A DNA stretch of 64,000 nt from Eledone cirrhosa (GCA_964016885.1 OZ024743.1:303490001-303554000); one strand, 5' to 3'; shown: positions 27,650 through 41,826, numbered from the stretch's first letter. A program made the numbers and translations. Notes: a model not told the origin generated them from the letters alone.

Positions 27650-28630
27650 GACATACATCAAGCTAACTCAGTATGTAAAAGGCTTTCTGTAGTCGTTGCT
27701 TTCAAGGCATTGGTCGAACGATGAAAGTTGCGTGGGCTCTTTTACGCATGGAGCTAGAAGCTGATAAGGATGCTGTACACATAAGTAACCGCCTGCTCAA
27801 TATGTTTGATACCAGCAGAACTCTCAAATATGTACGAAATATGCAGAAAAGAATCGAATAGAAGCAGACAAAAAAAACAATTACCGCTGCTACTAATAAG
27901 CACAATGCATAATTAATAATCATCAGATAGGCACAAAATGTTTGTTGCGCAAGTTGAAACATCAACAGTAGGGAATATTTCGTTTGTTCTCTGATGAGAA
28001 GAACTTTAATCAGGACCAAATGGTCAACCGAAGGAATTACAGCCGGATATGCAGAAATCCTAAATACATTCCAACAATCACGCAAAGAAAGTTTCCTGCA
28101 ATTGTGATGTTTGTGGGAATCGGGAGCAACCAGGAAGATGTCATACATCCTTACTTCTTCGGGGCTTAAGTATAAATTGCAACTGAGAATAAGGAGGTGT
28201 TTGAGAAGGATGTGAGAACTTCGATAGAGAGCGTAAGCAAACGAAGATCGTACACCAAACAACATGCCTTTGCCCTGTCACAAGGCTAAAACAACACCAA
28301 CATGGATGAGTTACAATCTCCAACATCAATTCACCCAAACTTACCCATGCCAATGACATTATAGCTCTCCAGGCAAGAAAAATCTGGAGTACGTCGTAAG
28401 GGTTGAGGTCAATTGGAAGCATATGCAATGTCTACATAGAACTGTAGGACCTCTGAAGTCCACCATAGCTAAAATAATGTAACAAAAAGATGAAGATCAT
28501 CGTATTCGGTAATGCTAAATTTTCAGACCTCGTATTGTAGCAGTCACCGATTTTAACGGGGGTTTCATTCAATAAATGCATCAAAATGTGGCTCGAGATT
28601 ATTTAATTAAACATTTTGTCAAATAAAGCT
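27650..28630 (+). mobile_element. Decayed IS630-Tc1-mariner transposase
   Basis: FSDEKNFNQDQMVNRRN.R catalytic-domain motif at about 27985. Multiple stops downstream; ends not resolved. Confidence 0.6.
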
Positions 28631-29127
28631 CTTCTTTCCTGATATATGTGTATTTTAAAGAATTCCTACACATGTTTTAAAAAAACTGAGTAAACATGTA
28701 TGTATATTTGTTTTTATGTGGGACTACATTAAGCATTAGGAAATAAAAGCTCTTCATTAGGTAACAATTGCAAAGTAATGAAACAATAATTTACATTGCT
28801 CTTGTGTAAATTCTAAAGAATTCATTTAAACAAATGGTATAGTATGTAGATTGCGAAGGAAATCAATCTTACGTTGTTGTAGCTTATAGAAATATGATTC
28901 CTGTGCGAATAATGTATGTTTAGAATATAGTTATCAAATATATTATTTAATGTGTACAAATATTGTATTATTTAGAAAATAGCAATATCGAAACTGAACA
29001 ATTGTTCAATTGTCGGAGCTAACTATTGGGCTCTATATTTACCTATATAGATATATATCAATCTGTTTATCTATCTAGCTAACGATGCCCTTTTCATCTT
29101 ATCAGAAACATACATCCTTTCACCACA

Positions 29128-29219
<92 letters not shown>

Positions 29220-29942
29220 ATATATATGAAATAGAGTGGTTTTTAACGTGATGGTTCACGCATACGAAGGGAATTCGAGAGATGTGGGGCGCGATTTCTC
29301 ACACTTCTGTTTAATTTTTTTGCGTTTCGAAATTTACACAATGCTCTCAACTATTCTTTATAGAAATCAGCTATCATTTTTGGTATTTGCATTATCGCAC
29401 CAACATTTCAAATTCCAAATTCTGACAACATTACTCCTGTCAGAATTGGTCGTCGCACGCATACTCTCGAACAGACACACACATACATATATTCTGTATT
29501 CATGCCAAAACACCCACATACCCACACACACGCATATATTTATATAAGAATATATCCACACCACATTCATACTCAAATACTATACTCTCAAGGGCGATTG
29601 CAACTTGTTATAAAATATTGATATTTAATTTACAAAGGAGAATTGTATGATTATTCAAACATAATAAGATTTAAGCTTCAGGAAGGGAATCACAATAAGC
29701 ACAGTAAATGCAATAAGGAAATTACAATTCTTCCATGGCCGTCATATAATATATAATGTTCATACCTATAAACAATCTGAAGTTTTGACACATATGTATA
29801 CATTTGTGTTTTACCTCTGGCATGAGAAATACAGAAAACGAAACTAGTTAATATAGAGAAATTTTGTGAAATGTCAAATGCACGGAAAATTGTCTGAATA
29901 TTCGCGCACAAGAACAGAAACTGCTTCACATTTGTAGTTGAG

Positions 29943-30016
<74 letters not shown>

Positions 30017-30042
30017 CACCCCTGATCCTTTCCCTAGTATAC

Positions 30043-30074
<32 letters not shown>

Positions 30075-30088
30075 CGTGTGTGTGTGTG

Positions 30089-30174
<86 letters not shown>

Positions 30175-30387
30175 CGCGCGCGTCTGTGTGTGTGTCTGTG
30201 TATTATAAGAATATTGTAGATTGCAGGATCAGTTTCACTTGTCTCAATATATCAAGATACGAATGACACTCTTATATTCTTTCAGAAGTTCTCAGTATAA
30301 GAAATATATACATATTTTGCCATTGAAATATTTAGTACCTGACTGGGCCATCCAACAATCCGCTTATATATATATGTATATATATAT

Positions 30388-30680
30388 AGGAAGATGTGTT
30401 AACCCTTCACTACGTTTATTTAGTGGTGACACGCGTTTCACTATTGATGAGCGCAAGGTTCGTCCGACGAGCTTTCGTTTCCAGAGTCGGACCAGATCGA
30501 TACAGAACGAATCTTGAGCTGATCAATAACGAAATGTGCTTCACCACTCAATAAAATTAATGAAGATATAACAAATCAGCCCTTTACTATTATATTTACG
30601 TTCTAATTAGCTCTACAGACGTAAATCTACGCCTCGAGTGTTCGCCTCGCTGAACCTACAGTAACTGCACATTACACTCC

Positions 30681-30684
<4 letters not shown>
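30388..30684. mobile_element. Short non-autonomous element in (TA)n with internal fold-back; second partial copy at about 37536-37680 in opposite orientation
   Basis: ctctacagacgtaaat...actgcacattacactccct matches the reverse complement at 37536-37610. Imperfect hairpin at 30423-30547. Confidence 0.6.
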
Positions 30685-30720
<36 letters not shown>

Positions 30721-30723
<3 letters not shown>

Positions 30724-33700
30724 AGAGTATTGGAGTTTGCTTGAAGCATTGGGGAATAATAAGTAAATATCTTTGAGTCGTTTGGAAGCCTCGACAATGC
30801 AAATGGGTAGATCTCCGGGTAACAAGATCCGGTGGTGGAGAGAGAGATGGAAGAGGGTGTACGTTGAATGCGTGGTGAGTATAAGATGTGTAAGATGTGT
30901 AGAAGAAAGAAGGGAAGAGTATAAAGGATAAAATTAAAATAACAACGCAAGAGCGAGTTACCTTGGGAGAGATTTAATAGTCCCTATATATTTCGGATTC
31001 ACATCCATCAACTGGGGTTTTTTTCCGGGGTGGGGGAAAGGTTGTCTGTCGGACAGGTGCGAAACGCGTCCTCCGCTGTTTGTTATTTTGAACATCTGAG
31101 GTATTCGGCAGAGCGCGCGTGCGCGTGAAATGGGGTCGGTCGGGCAGAGGTCAGCGGCCGAATGAGGGAGTGGGCTGGCGCTAGCTGTCAGTACATTCTC
31201 TGCATGTTTGTTAAATGTTACTGTGTGCGTGTGCGTGTGTTGTTGTCTCGCTTGAGTGTGTGTGTGTGTGCGTGTGTTGTTGCCTTGTTCCTCTGTATTG
31301 GCAGTGTAGTATGTTCGTATGGTGGAATGCTACTGTGTGTGTGTGCGTGTGCGTAGTTGTCTCATTTGGGTGTGTGTGTGTGTGCGTGTGTTGTGTGTTG
31401 CTGCATCGTTTGTTAACTTAAACCAGCCATCTCATTTCGCTTCTCTCGGATCGGTTGTTTATTTGCGGTTGCAGGCGTTTGATAAAAAGCGCTTCCTTGA
31501 TACGTAACGTGCCGACGTTTCTTTCAGTCGCTAGAATTGTGACAATGGGCCTTCCGTCTTTGTTTCCCCATGTTTCTATGTGTTTCCAGAAAGACGAGGC
31601 CCTGGATTTAGTGTGTTCCTTGATACGGATGTGCAAAGGTCGGATTGTGCTACCTATCTAGTATTGGTTGCACCTGTCACATTCTATCTTATACACGACG
31701 TATGTTCGTAGGCAACAGTTCGCATGGCGTATCGGGCAGTCTCTGAGGGAGCATGCGTCAGTAGATTTCCCGAGTTTCCTGGAAAGGAATCTTCGCAGGG
31801 AGGGGCCCGAGTGGGCCAGGTTGTTGTCGAGGACCTCCCTCCGTATAGCCTTGCGGATAGCCTTGTTGGTATTCTCGCCCAGGTGTGGCATTTTAAGGAA
31901 GCACTTACCTTGGGTGCCTCTCTGTCTCGTGTGTCCGGTGTCTCCTATTCTGCCTGTGATCGAGGTAGGGTACCCGTTCGTCTCCAGCACCTCGAGGAAT
32001 CGCTTCGTATGAGTGACACCACTCGCGGGATCGCTGCATCTGTTTTTGATTCGCGCGATATCGTTCGTGATGTATCCTCTTTTGGCACTGTTAGGGAGGG
32101 CGCACTTGTAGTGAACGAACAGGTCCCTGCAGGCTGCCTTTCGGTAGAAGTTGCAGTGGATCCTTCCCTGTTCCGTGATGTTGATTCGGAAGTCGAGGAG
32201 GGCAAGTGACTCGTCTTCGTTGGGGTGTTCAACACTGAAGTCAATGTTCTCGTCCGTGTTGTTGAACGTCTCATAGGGAAAAGAATTCTGCGTCATTAGC
32301 AGAGAGGCCTACAACACCTTGACGATGACAACCTCTACTCCAAGGTCACGGGAATCACTCCCGAGCAGATAGAAAAGCACATCAACGCCGCCTGGACCAA
32401 CATCTGCGACCGGCGGAACCTCCCGAAGAAGCTGAGATACAACCTCCTCACGAGGAACAGCAGACTACCCGCCTTCTACCACCTCGTGAAAACACACAAA
32501 CAGGGACCCGACCTGAAGATCAGGCCCATCGTATCGAAAGTGGGGGACCACTCTACGAAATGTCATGGCTCCTAGCCAGAATACTCAAACCCATCTTAGA
32601 CACCTTGCCGGGACACGTTAACAGTTCCGAGGAGGTGTTGAAGCGCTTGCATCAAATGGATCCTGACACCAGAAGGAATAACAGATATGCCTTCAGCCTT
32701 GATGTAGTCGCTCTCTACACCTCGGTCCCGGCACTCCCGGCCGTCAATATACTGATGGAACGCGTCCATCCACCGACCTACACTGCTTCGGGCTCACCAC
32801 CACTGACATCCACCAACTCCTATCCATCGTCGTCGACAACATCTACTTCGGATTCCTTGACCAAACATACCAACAAACCTCGGGATTGCCCACGGGATCA
32901 AGCCTATCAGGTGTGCTAGCGATCTCTTACATGGACAACCTCGAACGCAAGGCTCTCAACGCCTGCCATCCCCAACGCCGTAGCCTTTTTCTCAAGGTAC
33001 GTGGACGATATCCTCATCGGCACATCTTCCCAAGACACGGTGAACAGAATCTATGAGACGTTCAACTACACGGACGAGAACATTGACTTCAGTGTTGAAT
33101 ACCCCAAAGAAAACCTGTCACTTGCCCTCCTCGACTTCCGAATCAACATCACGGAACATGGAAGGATCCACTGCAACTTCTACCGAAAGGCAGCCTACAG
33201 GGACCTGTTCGTTCACTACAAGTCCGCCCTCACTAACAGTGCCAAAGAGGATACATCACGAACGAGATCGCGCGAATCAAAAACAGATGCAGCGATCCCG
33301 CGAGTGGTGTCACTCATGCAAGCGATTCCTCGAGGTGCTGGAAACGAACGGGTACCCTACCTCGATCACAGACAGAATAGGAGATATCAGACACAGAGAG
33401 GCACCCAAGGTAAGTGCTTCCTTAAAATGCCACACCTGGGCGAGAATACCACAAACGCTATCCGCAAGGCTATACGGAGGGATGGCTTCGACATCCACCT
33501 GGCCCACTCGGGCCCCTCCCTGCGAAGATGCCTCTCCAGGAAACCCGGGAAATCTACTGACGCATGCTCCCTCAGAGACTGCCCGATACTCCATGCGAAC
33601 TGTTGCCTACGCACATACGTGGTGTATAAGATAGAATGTGACAGGTGCAACCAATACTACATAGGTAGCACAATCCGACATTTGCACATCCGGATAAAGG

Positions 33701-34550
33701 AACACACTAAAACCAGGGCCTCATCTTTCTGGAAACACATAGAAAAATGCGGAAACAATGACGATAGGCCCATTGTCACAATTCTAGCGACTGAAAGAAA
33801 CGTCGGCACGTTACGTATCAAGGAAGTGCTTTTTATCAAACCCCTGCAACCACAAATAAACAACCGATCAGAGAGAAGCGAAATGAGATGGCTGGTTTAA
33901 GTTAACAAACGATGCAGCAACACACAACACACGCACACACACACACACAAACGATACAACTACACACACACACACGCACACACATACAGAAGCATTCCAC
34001 CATACGAACATACTACACTGCCAATACAGAGGAACAAGGCAACAACACACGCACACACACACTCAAACGAGACAACAACACACGCACACACACACACAGT
34101 AACATTTAACCAACAGGCAGAGAATGGACTGACAGCTAGCGCCACTCCACTCCCTCATTCATCCGCTGACCTCTGCCCGCCGACGCCGTTTCACGCGCAC
34201 GCGGGCTCTGCCGAATACCTCAGATATTCAAAACAACAAACAGCGGAGGACGCGTTTCGCACCTGTCCGGCAGACAACCTTTCCCCCACCCCGGAAAAAA
34301 AACCCAGTTGATGGATGTGAATCAGAAATATATAGGGACTATTAAATCTCTCCCAAGGTTGTGTTGTTATTTTAATTTTATGCTTTATACCCTTCCCTTC
34401 ATTCTTCTACATATCTTACACATCTTATACACACCACTCATCTCAACGTACATCCACTTACATCTCTCTCTCCACCACCGGATCTTGTTACCCGGAGATT
34501 TACCCATTTGCGTTGTCGAGGCTTCCAAACGACTTAAATATATTTACTTA
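30721..34550 (+). mobile_element. Penelope-like element, 5'-truncated, with a 1.5-kb inverted copy of its 3' half
   Basis: RT motifs LKIRPIVS, FSLDVVALYTSVP and YVDDI; GIY-YIG VVYKIECDRCNQYYIGST..L..RIKEH. About 30760-32276 is the reverse complement of about 33051-34550. (TA)n on both sides. Confidence 0.9.
32277..33900 (+). pseudogene. Frameshifted PLE RT plus GIY-YIG endonuclease ORF
   Basis: ORF pieces 32560-32919 and 33001-33900 carry consecutive RT and EN motifs in different frames. Confidence 0.85.
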
Positions 34551-34659
34551 TATATATATATATATATGTGTGTGCGTGTAAAAGTTATTTTTAAATTGTT
34601 GGGATACAACAAGCAAATCTTTTTAGAACTAGGAATATATTATGGTTCGCTCCATCTTT

Positions 34660-35305
34660 CTCATTAAATATTAAAACCCCTACTGCTAAACTATTTTTTA
34701 AAGCTCTTGGCAAATGCTTCCCTAGAACACATAGATATTACTCAATTTTTAATAGACATACTATAAAATTAACTTATTCATCCACCAACAATTTAGCGCA
34801 AAATATTAATAGAATTAATAATAGAAATTTAAAACCTAACCAAAATACCACTAATAACCCAAGCAATATCCAACTTGATAAATGTAACTGTAGAAATAAA
34901 TCTAACTTTCCGTTAAATAACAATTGCTTAGATAAAAATATAGTATATAATTGTAATGTAAAAACTAATTTAAATTCATTTAATTATGTGGGATCCACTT
35001 CCACAGAGTTTAAATCCCGCTTCAATAATCATAAAAATTATTTTACAAATCCAAGCAAAAAATGTTCAACTTCTCTATCTAGCTTATTATGGGACCTCAA
35101 ATAAAAGCACGTTAAATATTCGTTGCTTTGGAATATTATTGCAAAAGCTACTCCTTTTAACTCCTCTTCTGAAAATTGTGATCTTTGTATAGAGGAAATA
35201 TTCTTTATATTAAAGACCAAACATTCCCTGAACCTACGGAACAATTTATTCCGTTGCTGCAGACATAGATTGAACTCAACGTTTAAAAATAAATTTAAAA
35301 TGTAA
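34660..35305 (+). mobile_element. AT-rich decayed Penelope-like 3' fragment (GIY-YIG)
   Basis: CNCRNK...CLDKNIVY...YVGST..FK.RF.NH, then W.II.....F......CDLCIEE.F.I.....LN.R......CRH. Confidence 0.75.
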
Positions 35306-37080
35306 TATATAAGTAATTAATTAATACTATTAATATATTTAACCTATCGATAAATCATTAGATTCCTTCATTTTGCATGCTTAAACTCTCAAGTAAAACA
35401 CTTTGCTTCCTAAATATAAATAAATATTAAAAAACTCTTCTAGAGAAACATACTGAAAGCTCTTAAAAGCTCTTAAATATTATTTAATAGTTTCTCCTAT
35501 TTTTGAAAGTTTCTCTCTTGAAAGTCTCTCTTTCTTTCTCGTATGTTAAATATACGAAGAACATTTTTATACCAAATCTATTAAACATATTATTATTATT
35601 ATTTTAAAATTATAACTTGAAATATTCTATAATATTTAAAAAAATATATTGATTTAAAGTTATATTGCTTATAATTATATTTCCAAATCGTAATATAATT
35701 CTTTTTTATTTTATTTTATTTATTTTTTATTTTATTTTATTTCATTTCATTTCATTTCATTTTATTTCATTTCATTTTATTTCATTTCATTTCATTTCAT
35801 TTCATTTCATTTTATTTTATTTTATATTATTTCATATATATTATGTACTTCACTTATAATATTTACTGTATTTATATATCTATCTCTCTCTATATGTGTG
35901 TATATATATATATTTATATATATGTATATGCATGTATATATATTCATGTGTGTGTATGTATGTCTATATATATATATGTGTGTGATGCATATCTACCTAT
36001 ATGTGTAGGTACGTCTATGTATATATATATGTGGGAATTGCGTATATATATGCGTATATATATGTGTATATGCATACAATTCGATTGCACTCGTTTATAA
36101 GGATTCTCTTAAGGTTCGTGATAAATAAACCTATATCATAACAGTCACAACTACATAACAGGTACATTTATTAGATATAAAACTTATATATAAAAAAAAT
36201 GTGTATAATAACATAAAGTGTGTATAACATACACTTTCCTTTAATATCTTAACAATTGGAACATTGTTTTGATATTACATAGAAATGATTTTCTCTATTT
36301 TTTTCTAAGATGTTCTATGAAAAATCTATAAGTTTATGAAAATTCCTGTATCATAAATTAAAAAATCCTTTATACTTTGTATGTATATATTATGTACGTA
36401 GATATATATGTATATGTATTTGTATGTATATATATTTATATGTATATATATCTGTGTGTGCGTGTGTATATATATGAATATATTCTTTTAATAATATATA
36501 GATTTTTTTTATAATATATAGTCTTAACAATAATATATAGATTTCTTAATATATAGATCTCAATTTTTAATGTATAGATCTCAATAATTTAAATGATAAA
36601 CTAAACATTTAATCATATTTAAACAATGGTTAAAATTCTCATATTATATATGTATCTTCCACTCATGATTATTTACATTTCTCTATTCATCCATAAAAAA
36701 TAAATATTTATTTATTCTTTCACTTCATCTCAAATGTTAAGATAACTCAACAACCTATCCCTTAGAGCTTTCGCTCTCTCTTCTCTTTTCTCTCTCTATT
36801 TTTTCTTTTTTTTTCTCTCTCTTGTTCTTCTCTCTATCTCTTTCTCCCTAACACAGTGGCTTATTTAAAAATATCCAACACTAATTATCATAATAGTATA
36901 AATAAAATGATAACCCCAATATCCGGGAGCTTCCAACAGTAATGGTTGCATTCTTTAAGGGTATGTCAATATTTATTTATAAAACTGCTCTATATTATAT
37001 TTTATCTGACTTGGTGTCCTTGAAATATCTATAATGAAATAAATATGGTTTTATAAATATAGTTTCCATTTGTTAATATC

Positions 37081-37539
<459 letters not shown>

Positions 37540-37847
37540 AGTGTAATGTGCAGTTACTCAAGGTTCACCGAGGCGAGCACTCGATGCGTAAATATACGTC
37601 TGTAGAGCTAATCAGAGTGTAAATATAATAGTAAAGGGATGATTTGTTATATCTTCATGACGTTTATTGCGTGTGTGACTATAAATACTATTACCAACGC
37701 GTTCGCCACTTTACATTTTGCATTCTTTCTAATAGTCATATCTATCATCAATCTGAGACTTATAAAAAAAATATTCTGACAAATCCTGACTAAATAGTCA
37801 TTCACTCACACAAATGCCCCCCCCCCCTCACACACACACACACACGC

Positions 37848-37880
<33 letters not shown>

Positions 37881-38274
37881 TATACTCACACACACACATA
37901 CATACACATACACTCACACTCACACACACATACACACACACACATAAACACAGACGCAGACATATAAACAAAGATTACGGAATAGATACTCCTGCTTTCA
38001 CTATAATTTCTATTGATTTTAGCTTGTTTCCACGTTTTCTACACCTCATCCCTATCTTCATCTCTTGGAGAACTAAAAAGCATCATTCTTCCGTTCGAAA
38101 TCCTTTCCTTTTTTCACGTTCCATATCCCAAGTATATATCTAGATTTCGGTCTTCCTTTCTTGTATCATAATTTCATAAAATTTTGCTTCTACATGGCGC
38201 ACACCCACATTCAAACATACACACACACACTCACAAACACATTCACATACACAGAGAACAAATATAATTATAAG

Positions 38275-38290
38275 TCTATAATTATATATT

Positions 38291-38323
<33 letters not shown>

Positions 38324-39143
38324 GTATGTATATCTGTATATATACAAATAAGTATGTGTGAGTGTCTGTGTGTCTGTGTAATACCTATAGCGGCCTACAT
38401 CTTACGACTGATTTTCATGAAACATTACAGGCTCATATATTAGTCATCGGGGAGTGTTTTATATATATCAGCGTATCGTTTTTTTTTTATTCCGGGGTCA
38501 TTCAGCAGATAAAAATCGATAGGGGAGACAACTTTTTTTAAAAGCGAAAAATAAGATTTTTGGCTCTAGCTCCCACATTTTGCCACCGATTTCATTCAAA
38601 CTTTAAAGCAAAATAGAATTAAACATTGCACATCCAGTAATGGCTTTATATTTTGCGTTTTTTGTACAGGGACGCAACGGCAGCCGCTTAAACGTTCAAA
38701 ACTACCACTTTTAGACTCAATTTTCCACTTTTTCGGCTCTAGCTTCAACATTAATCAACGTACACTGTTCAAATTTTACACTACGCTAGATCTGATTATT
38801 TCACGTATTAAAGTGGCTTTATATTTTGGATTTCTTGTTCATGAATGGCGTGTCAGCCGCTTAAATATTTGAAAATACCACCTTTTCACTCAAATTTCCG
38901 CCTTTTCGGCTCGAGCTCCCACATTTTTCAACTGATTTGGTTTAAATTCGAAACTCCCTCCCCCAGCATGCCCCTTCGTCAGTCACCCGCGTTTCGCAGT
39001 GATCGAGGTCATCAGCACCCTCCCCCGCATGGCCTGCGTGTGGGCTTAGATGTGTCATCGAGAAGCAGTCGATAAGATCAACTCCCTTTCATCAAAGCAG
39101 ATATTATTTGACCTACCCAGTCAACGCTGGGTACTGCTGCTAG
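38275..39143 (+). mobile_element. Probable non-autonomous Helitron
   Basis: 3' hairpin tacccag-tcaacg-ctgggta followed by CTAG|T at 39140-39143. Three internal subrepeats about 172 bp apart (ttt..ggctc.agct.c.acatt). 5' end uncertain. Confidence 0.55.
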
Positions 39144-39165
39144 TATGTATATATATATAATATAT

Positions 39166-39232
<67 letters not shown>

Positions 39233-39233
<1 letters not shown>

Positions 39234-39428
39234 CAACAAGTATGACCCCGACGGCAACGCTCAAGCCGTTTCGACGGCTATTTCTAGACTCAGTCCAGAA
39301 ATAGCCATCGAAACGGCTTGAGCTTTGCCATAGGGGTCATACTTGTTCCTATTACACACTCTACTACCCTAAGTATTGAGTACTTTGGTGCGTTATAGTC
39401 CATCTGGTTCCTTACCACAATTCCTTCG

Positions 39429-39431
<3 letters not shown>
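39233..39431. mobile_element. Short (TA)n-embedded element with a hairpin of about 55-bp arms; deleted second copy at 59036-59143
   Basis: aacaagtatgacccc...ggggtcatacttgtt inverted repeat. Both copies share the tail ttgagtactttggtgcgtta...ttccttcgtta. Confidence 0.75.
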
Positions 39432-39483
<52 letters not shown>

Positions 39484-39619
39484 ATATGATATATAGCTCT
39501 GATTGTTTAATTTATTAATTTTTCATTCAGCCACAAAGTGACCAGTTGCAAAACATGTATTTGTATATGTATGTATATATATATGTAAACTTTTATATAT
39601 ATATATATAGAGAGAGAGA

Positions 39620-40306
39620 GAGAATTGATACCTCTACCAACATATGCGTACAGATGTACACTAATGTGTAACTATATTTATCCCATTACAGAAACTAATT
39701 AGTTGGAGTGAAAATTTTAGTAAGTAAGTTAATTTTTAATTTTTAAATTTTTCTTATTTTACGTCTTTCATATAATCGTTCTGCATCCCCCTGCATAGAA
39801 CCACCTAGGTACTTTGACATAACTTATATATTTACTAGCATTAGTGTACATCTGTATGCATATGTTGGTAGATGTATTAATTCTCTATATTTATCTCCAT
39901 ATTATTTGTTGAGCAAACTTGCCAAATCTACTGCTAATTCATTGTAGTAGTAGTAGACTCTTGTCATAATACCACCCTACTCCTAACTGACTAACCTCAG
40001 TGTTACGTGATTGATTCTTTAGAATCTACCACTGACCAGAGGCAGTGAACTTTTTCAGTGCTATGGAATTTAGTCCTCGCTAGCTTATTACATCCACTGA
40101 ATTATTATTTTTATATGGGTTCTAGTGTCCGCGCATTGCCTGGGAACTTAGCTGAGAATAGACTCCCTGATAACCTAATGAATTCTCGATAGTTATATTG
40201 TGTAACTATATTTATCCCATTACAGAAACTAATTAGTTGGTGTGAAATTTTTAGTAAGTAAGTTAATTTTTAATTTTTAAAATTTTCTTATTTTACGTCT
40301 TTCATA
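39620..40306 (+). mobile_element. PLE-type terminal remnant: inverted plus direct repeat with degenerate hammerhead
   Basis: Inverted repeat at about 39620-39667 / 39840-39885; direct repeat at about 39667-39773 / 40200-40306; actcc ctgataa ... gaaa ctaattag tt gg(a/t)gt. Confidence 0.55.
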
Positions 40307-40327
40307 TATATATATATATATATATAA

Positions 40328-41372
40328 TAAAAAAAATGCGATGTAGTTTCAGATGTTAAAGTACTTCAATGATAATACTGTGATACATATTTCAATGGCG
40401 ACAGTGGCCTCACGGTTCGGTGCGACAATGCCGTGACATCATCAGACAGCTTGTTACATAATAAGGTTACATATGTATCTCCTATCATATGTATCTCCTA
40501 TCTCATTTTTCATCTATATATTTAATGTTTTTTTTGTATTTTTTGTGCATTTTATATTTAGCGTTTTTTGTTTTGTTCCATGTGATAGTGATATTAACTA
40601 TGTAATTTACCCTCCGTTCTACTGTACGATACTATCGTTCAATATGTAGATAATATATCTGTAACATGGATCCCCCTTTCAAAACGTCTTACTATAACTT
40701 AAACATCTCCATATTTATTAGTGATTATATGTACATATATTGTTTTTACTTACTTCAATCTAGATTCTAACTCGTAAATTTTATTTTTATTTTTTAATTT
40801 CGATTTTTAATTTTTGGTTTTAATTTCCAACTCTCATTGATAATTTCCACTGTGAAACCATAATACCTAGAAATAAGTATATGTTCTCTTAGCGGTTGAT
40901 GGTCAATTCTACTATCCGTGCTTAATTTAGGGGTAGTATTGAGACCTATTGATACTCATACTCCCCCACCCCACTAGCTTTCGGCTGGCTGCCACTAACA
41001 GGGTGGCCAGCAGTAAACCATAACCGTGTCATATTACAGGCCTGGTTGAGAGGGGGACCTGCCTAGGCGAGTTTCGTAGAACTCTGCGGTAGTTGATGGT
41101 CCACTTCCTTCGGACTTGCTCCTGCGCAGACCGTTGGGGGTGAATTGGGACTCACAAGGGAACGGGCGAAGAACTCAGGAGCACACGCTTTGTGCGTTCC
41201 CATGTCGATTCAATTTGGATTGCCTCGAAAACATAACCTTATTATGTAACAAGCTGTCTGATGATGTCATGGCACTGGGCGCACCGAACCGTGTGGCCAC
41301 TGTCGCCATTGAAATATGTATCACAGCATTACCATTAAAGGACTTTAACATCTGAAACTACTTCGCTTTTTC
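40328..41372. mobile_element. Element with inverted termini of about 140 bp, each containing a hammerhead motif
   Basis: 40328-40469 is the diverged reverse complement of 41234-41372. Confidence 0.75.
41253..41327 (+). ncRNA. Type I hammerhead with long stem II (inverse copy at 40377-40450, minus strand)
   Basis: gctgt ctgatga tgtc-atggc...gccat-t gaaa tatgta tc acagc: 5-bp stem I, intact core, AUC triplet. Base of stem II imperfect. Confidence 0.65.
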
Positions 41373-41826
41373 TTATTCGATATATATTCCGTCACTCTAA
41401 GGTGGAGAAAGTACGTTGAGTGCTTGAATTGATTTGCTTCAAAGTTTACCTTAAGAATTTAACTCCAAAACGTTGAGCGCTCTATGGTGTAACCGATATA
41501 GTGGAGAAAAGAGGAACCAGCCATCAGCTACACCCGGATATTCCCTCTACCATGGAGATGGAGTACACACACTGGAAATCCCTGATACTGGACGGACATA
41601 AAATTATAAACTAACTTTTGACAGGATAGTCTGAAATAGCGATGTATATATGAATGTATATATAGTGTATTTGGTAATACTATACATACATTCATATATA
41701 CATCGCTATTTCAGAGCACTAATTCTAATTTTCAATTTTTGCTCGACCGGCAACCGCTCTGTATAATCAGTTTCTGATTATTACTGGAATTCTATAAGAG
41801 TCCAACATTCCTAATTTTTCAACAGA

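Noticed and set aside
27992-28010. ctgatga as a hammerhead core
   Set aside because: It is part of the transposase FSDEK codons, with no supporting stems.
31040-31115. Hammerhead in the PLE arm (gtgcgaaacgcgtc...ctgaggt), mirrored at about 34215-34280
   Set aside because: The GAAACGCGUC half is present, but there is no paired stem I or intact CUGANGA, and it is antisense to the ORF.
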